Below, one piece after another: positions 62,546-64,000 of a stretch of DNA of 64,000 nucleotides. Source of the stretch: Trichosphaerium sp. ATCC 40318 (Eukaryota > Protista > Tubulinea); the NCBI GenBank assembly GCA_038496445.1, contig JALMLS010000322.1, positions 62,001 to 126,000 of the forward strand, read 5' to 3'. The notes under the pieces are model-generated. The model saw nothing but the letters and a program-made list of their open reading frames with translations, was not told where the DNA came from and did no database searches. A program made the translations under genes and the position numbers. The first letter of the stretch is position 1; each line of letters begins with the position of its first letter.

Positions 62546-63559
62546 TGTGAGAGTGGAGAGTTGTTGTGTTGCTTGTTATGTTTGGGCAAGAATGAATTGT
62601 TCAATGAGATTCACACAGACTTGTGAATCAGCAATGGCGCTTGTATCCTCCTTTTCTAGCTCCCGTGAGCCTTATAATTGCCATTACGAGGGCAAAAGAA
62701 AGGTGCAGTTTTTGGTGCGTGGGCGGTTTTTGTACGCCAGTTGTGGTATCCTTGCGAGTTGTTATGCGTTTTAGGTTTGGCATGTACAGAAAACCGCGAG
62801 CAAGTGACACATACAAGAAGCTATTTTTGCATTCCCTCAAACTTCAGGAGTTGTGCGTAAACGGTACTACCAATCTACGTTGGCAGCTTGAACGCGAAAC
62901 CAAATACGTACTGAATAGTTTAAAAACCCAATTGAGACTTTGTTTTTCACAATAGCGCCATTTAGCGCACTATTATGTACCACAACATTGAAAACTATCC
63001 CCTGGGCGAATTGGGAGCGTTCAACGTCTCCAACTTGCGTAATATTACCGATAGGCTGTGTACCACTACTACGTAGCGCATTTAGGTGTCAGTGTGAAAC
63101 AGAACAAAAGTCGACGAATCGGATAACTTTACTCCGCAATGCACTCGTACGTAATGTTATTACCTTCTTAGCGGCTTACGGCCAATAACGGTTTTGTAAA
63201 CGGTTTATTTTTCAAAAAACAATTTAACTATATCTGAGCGATACAAAGAGCGACACAACACCCACAAACGTCTTTTTGACTATTTTTATTTTATTTTTGA
63301 TCTGTGTTTAACAAAAACCTTCCTCTCTGCTTTGCACGTGTCTCAATTGCGTTGTAAAACTCTTTTTTGTTTGAAGTACCAAACAAAATAAAAAAATTCG
63401 CAGATTACTTTGTTTTTACATCAAAAGCTAATAATTGAGGCCTCTTTTTACACTTTTTTTTTGGTTTTATTCAAGTATTGTAAAATAGTATAAACGTGCG
63501 TAACCAAATAAAACTATTGGTTTGTTAAATTCTAGTTTGTTTGAATTGCAGCAACAACA

Positions 63560-63874
63560 ATGAATAGATCCTACCTAGTCTATGATGTAGTTAGCAAACT
63601 CCGCAAGAACAAATAAATCAAAGAACACGTGAGTAAGAAAGATGCTTTGTTTAGAGCTGAGGTGCTGCTCTCACCCTTAAGGTTAGAGGTACGGCAAAGT
63701 AGATTGACTACCAATTATCTAAGGTTTGTTAGGACATAGAGGGTTGTTTACTGGTTGGTTTTTGATCGAAACAACGATGTTGTCATGGAAATTGACACCA
63801 GATTTGATTTTTGTATGACGGCACAGAAAAGTTGGCTAACCCTACAAAGAAAACGAGAACAGCAAATGCAATGA
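63560..63874 (+). CDS. Small protein of unknown function (1 intron, about 90 aa)
   Basis: MNRSYLVYDVVSKL..LRLE|DIEGCLLVGFDRNND..QMQ*; canonical gtacgg..ttag intron keeps the frame. Confidence 0.5.
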
Positions 63875-64000
63875 CATGCGACAACTGGCTTTTGCTATTA
63901 ATAAAGGCATTAAGCCAAAGAAAAAAAGGTAACGTGCCATAATCACATGCCACTTGTATACCTTGAGCATCTCCATCAAGCTTTGATAGATATTTTTCAA

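Noticed and set aside
1-64000. Non-standard genetic code or stop-codon readthrough
   Set aside because: In-frame stops in conserved genes are all removed by short GT-AG introns; TAA, TAG and TGA are all used as true stops

Overview
AT-rich, gene-dense eukaryotic (protist) nuclear DNA using the standard code. It has many very short spliceosomal introns (about 35-80 nt, GTACGT-like donors, CTAAC branch points, frequent AAG acceptors). Actobindin, receptor tyrosine kinases and a ComC-type ectodomain suggest an amoebozoan (inference). About 30 protein genes are visible, including tandem receptor Tyr kinases, DOHH, SMPD4-like, a TPR protein, an EEP nuclease/phosphatase, VPS53, a STE-like kinase, an AKAP7-like 2H phosphoesterase, two C-type-lectin membrane proteins, a HEH/LEM protein, a SAP-BRCT protein, an SDR, syntaxin, COMMD4, RPS29, Derlin, STT3, a PH/coiled-coil protein, O-GlcNAcase and actobindin, plus one intact tRNA-Ile(AAU). 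Most notable: (1) an intronless F-box/ankyrin gene with a histone-H3-like segment and acidic tract; (2) a tandem array of four tRNA-Ile-derived elements with a shared remodelled T-arm, next to an orphan ORF; (3) a perfect 144-bp tRNA-containing inverted repeat enclosing an RsmH/METTL15 pseudogene fragment; (4) an OGA whose GNAT domain keeps the acetyl-CoA P-loop; (5) two U12-type intron candidates. Exon boundaries were read by eye, and multi-exon CDS coordinates are gene spans.
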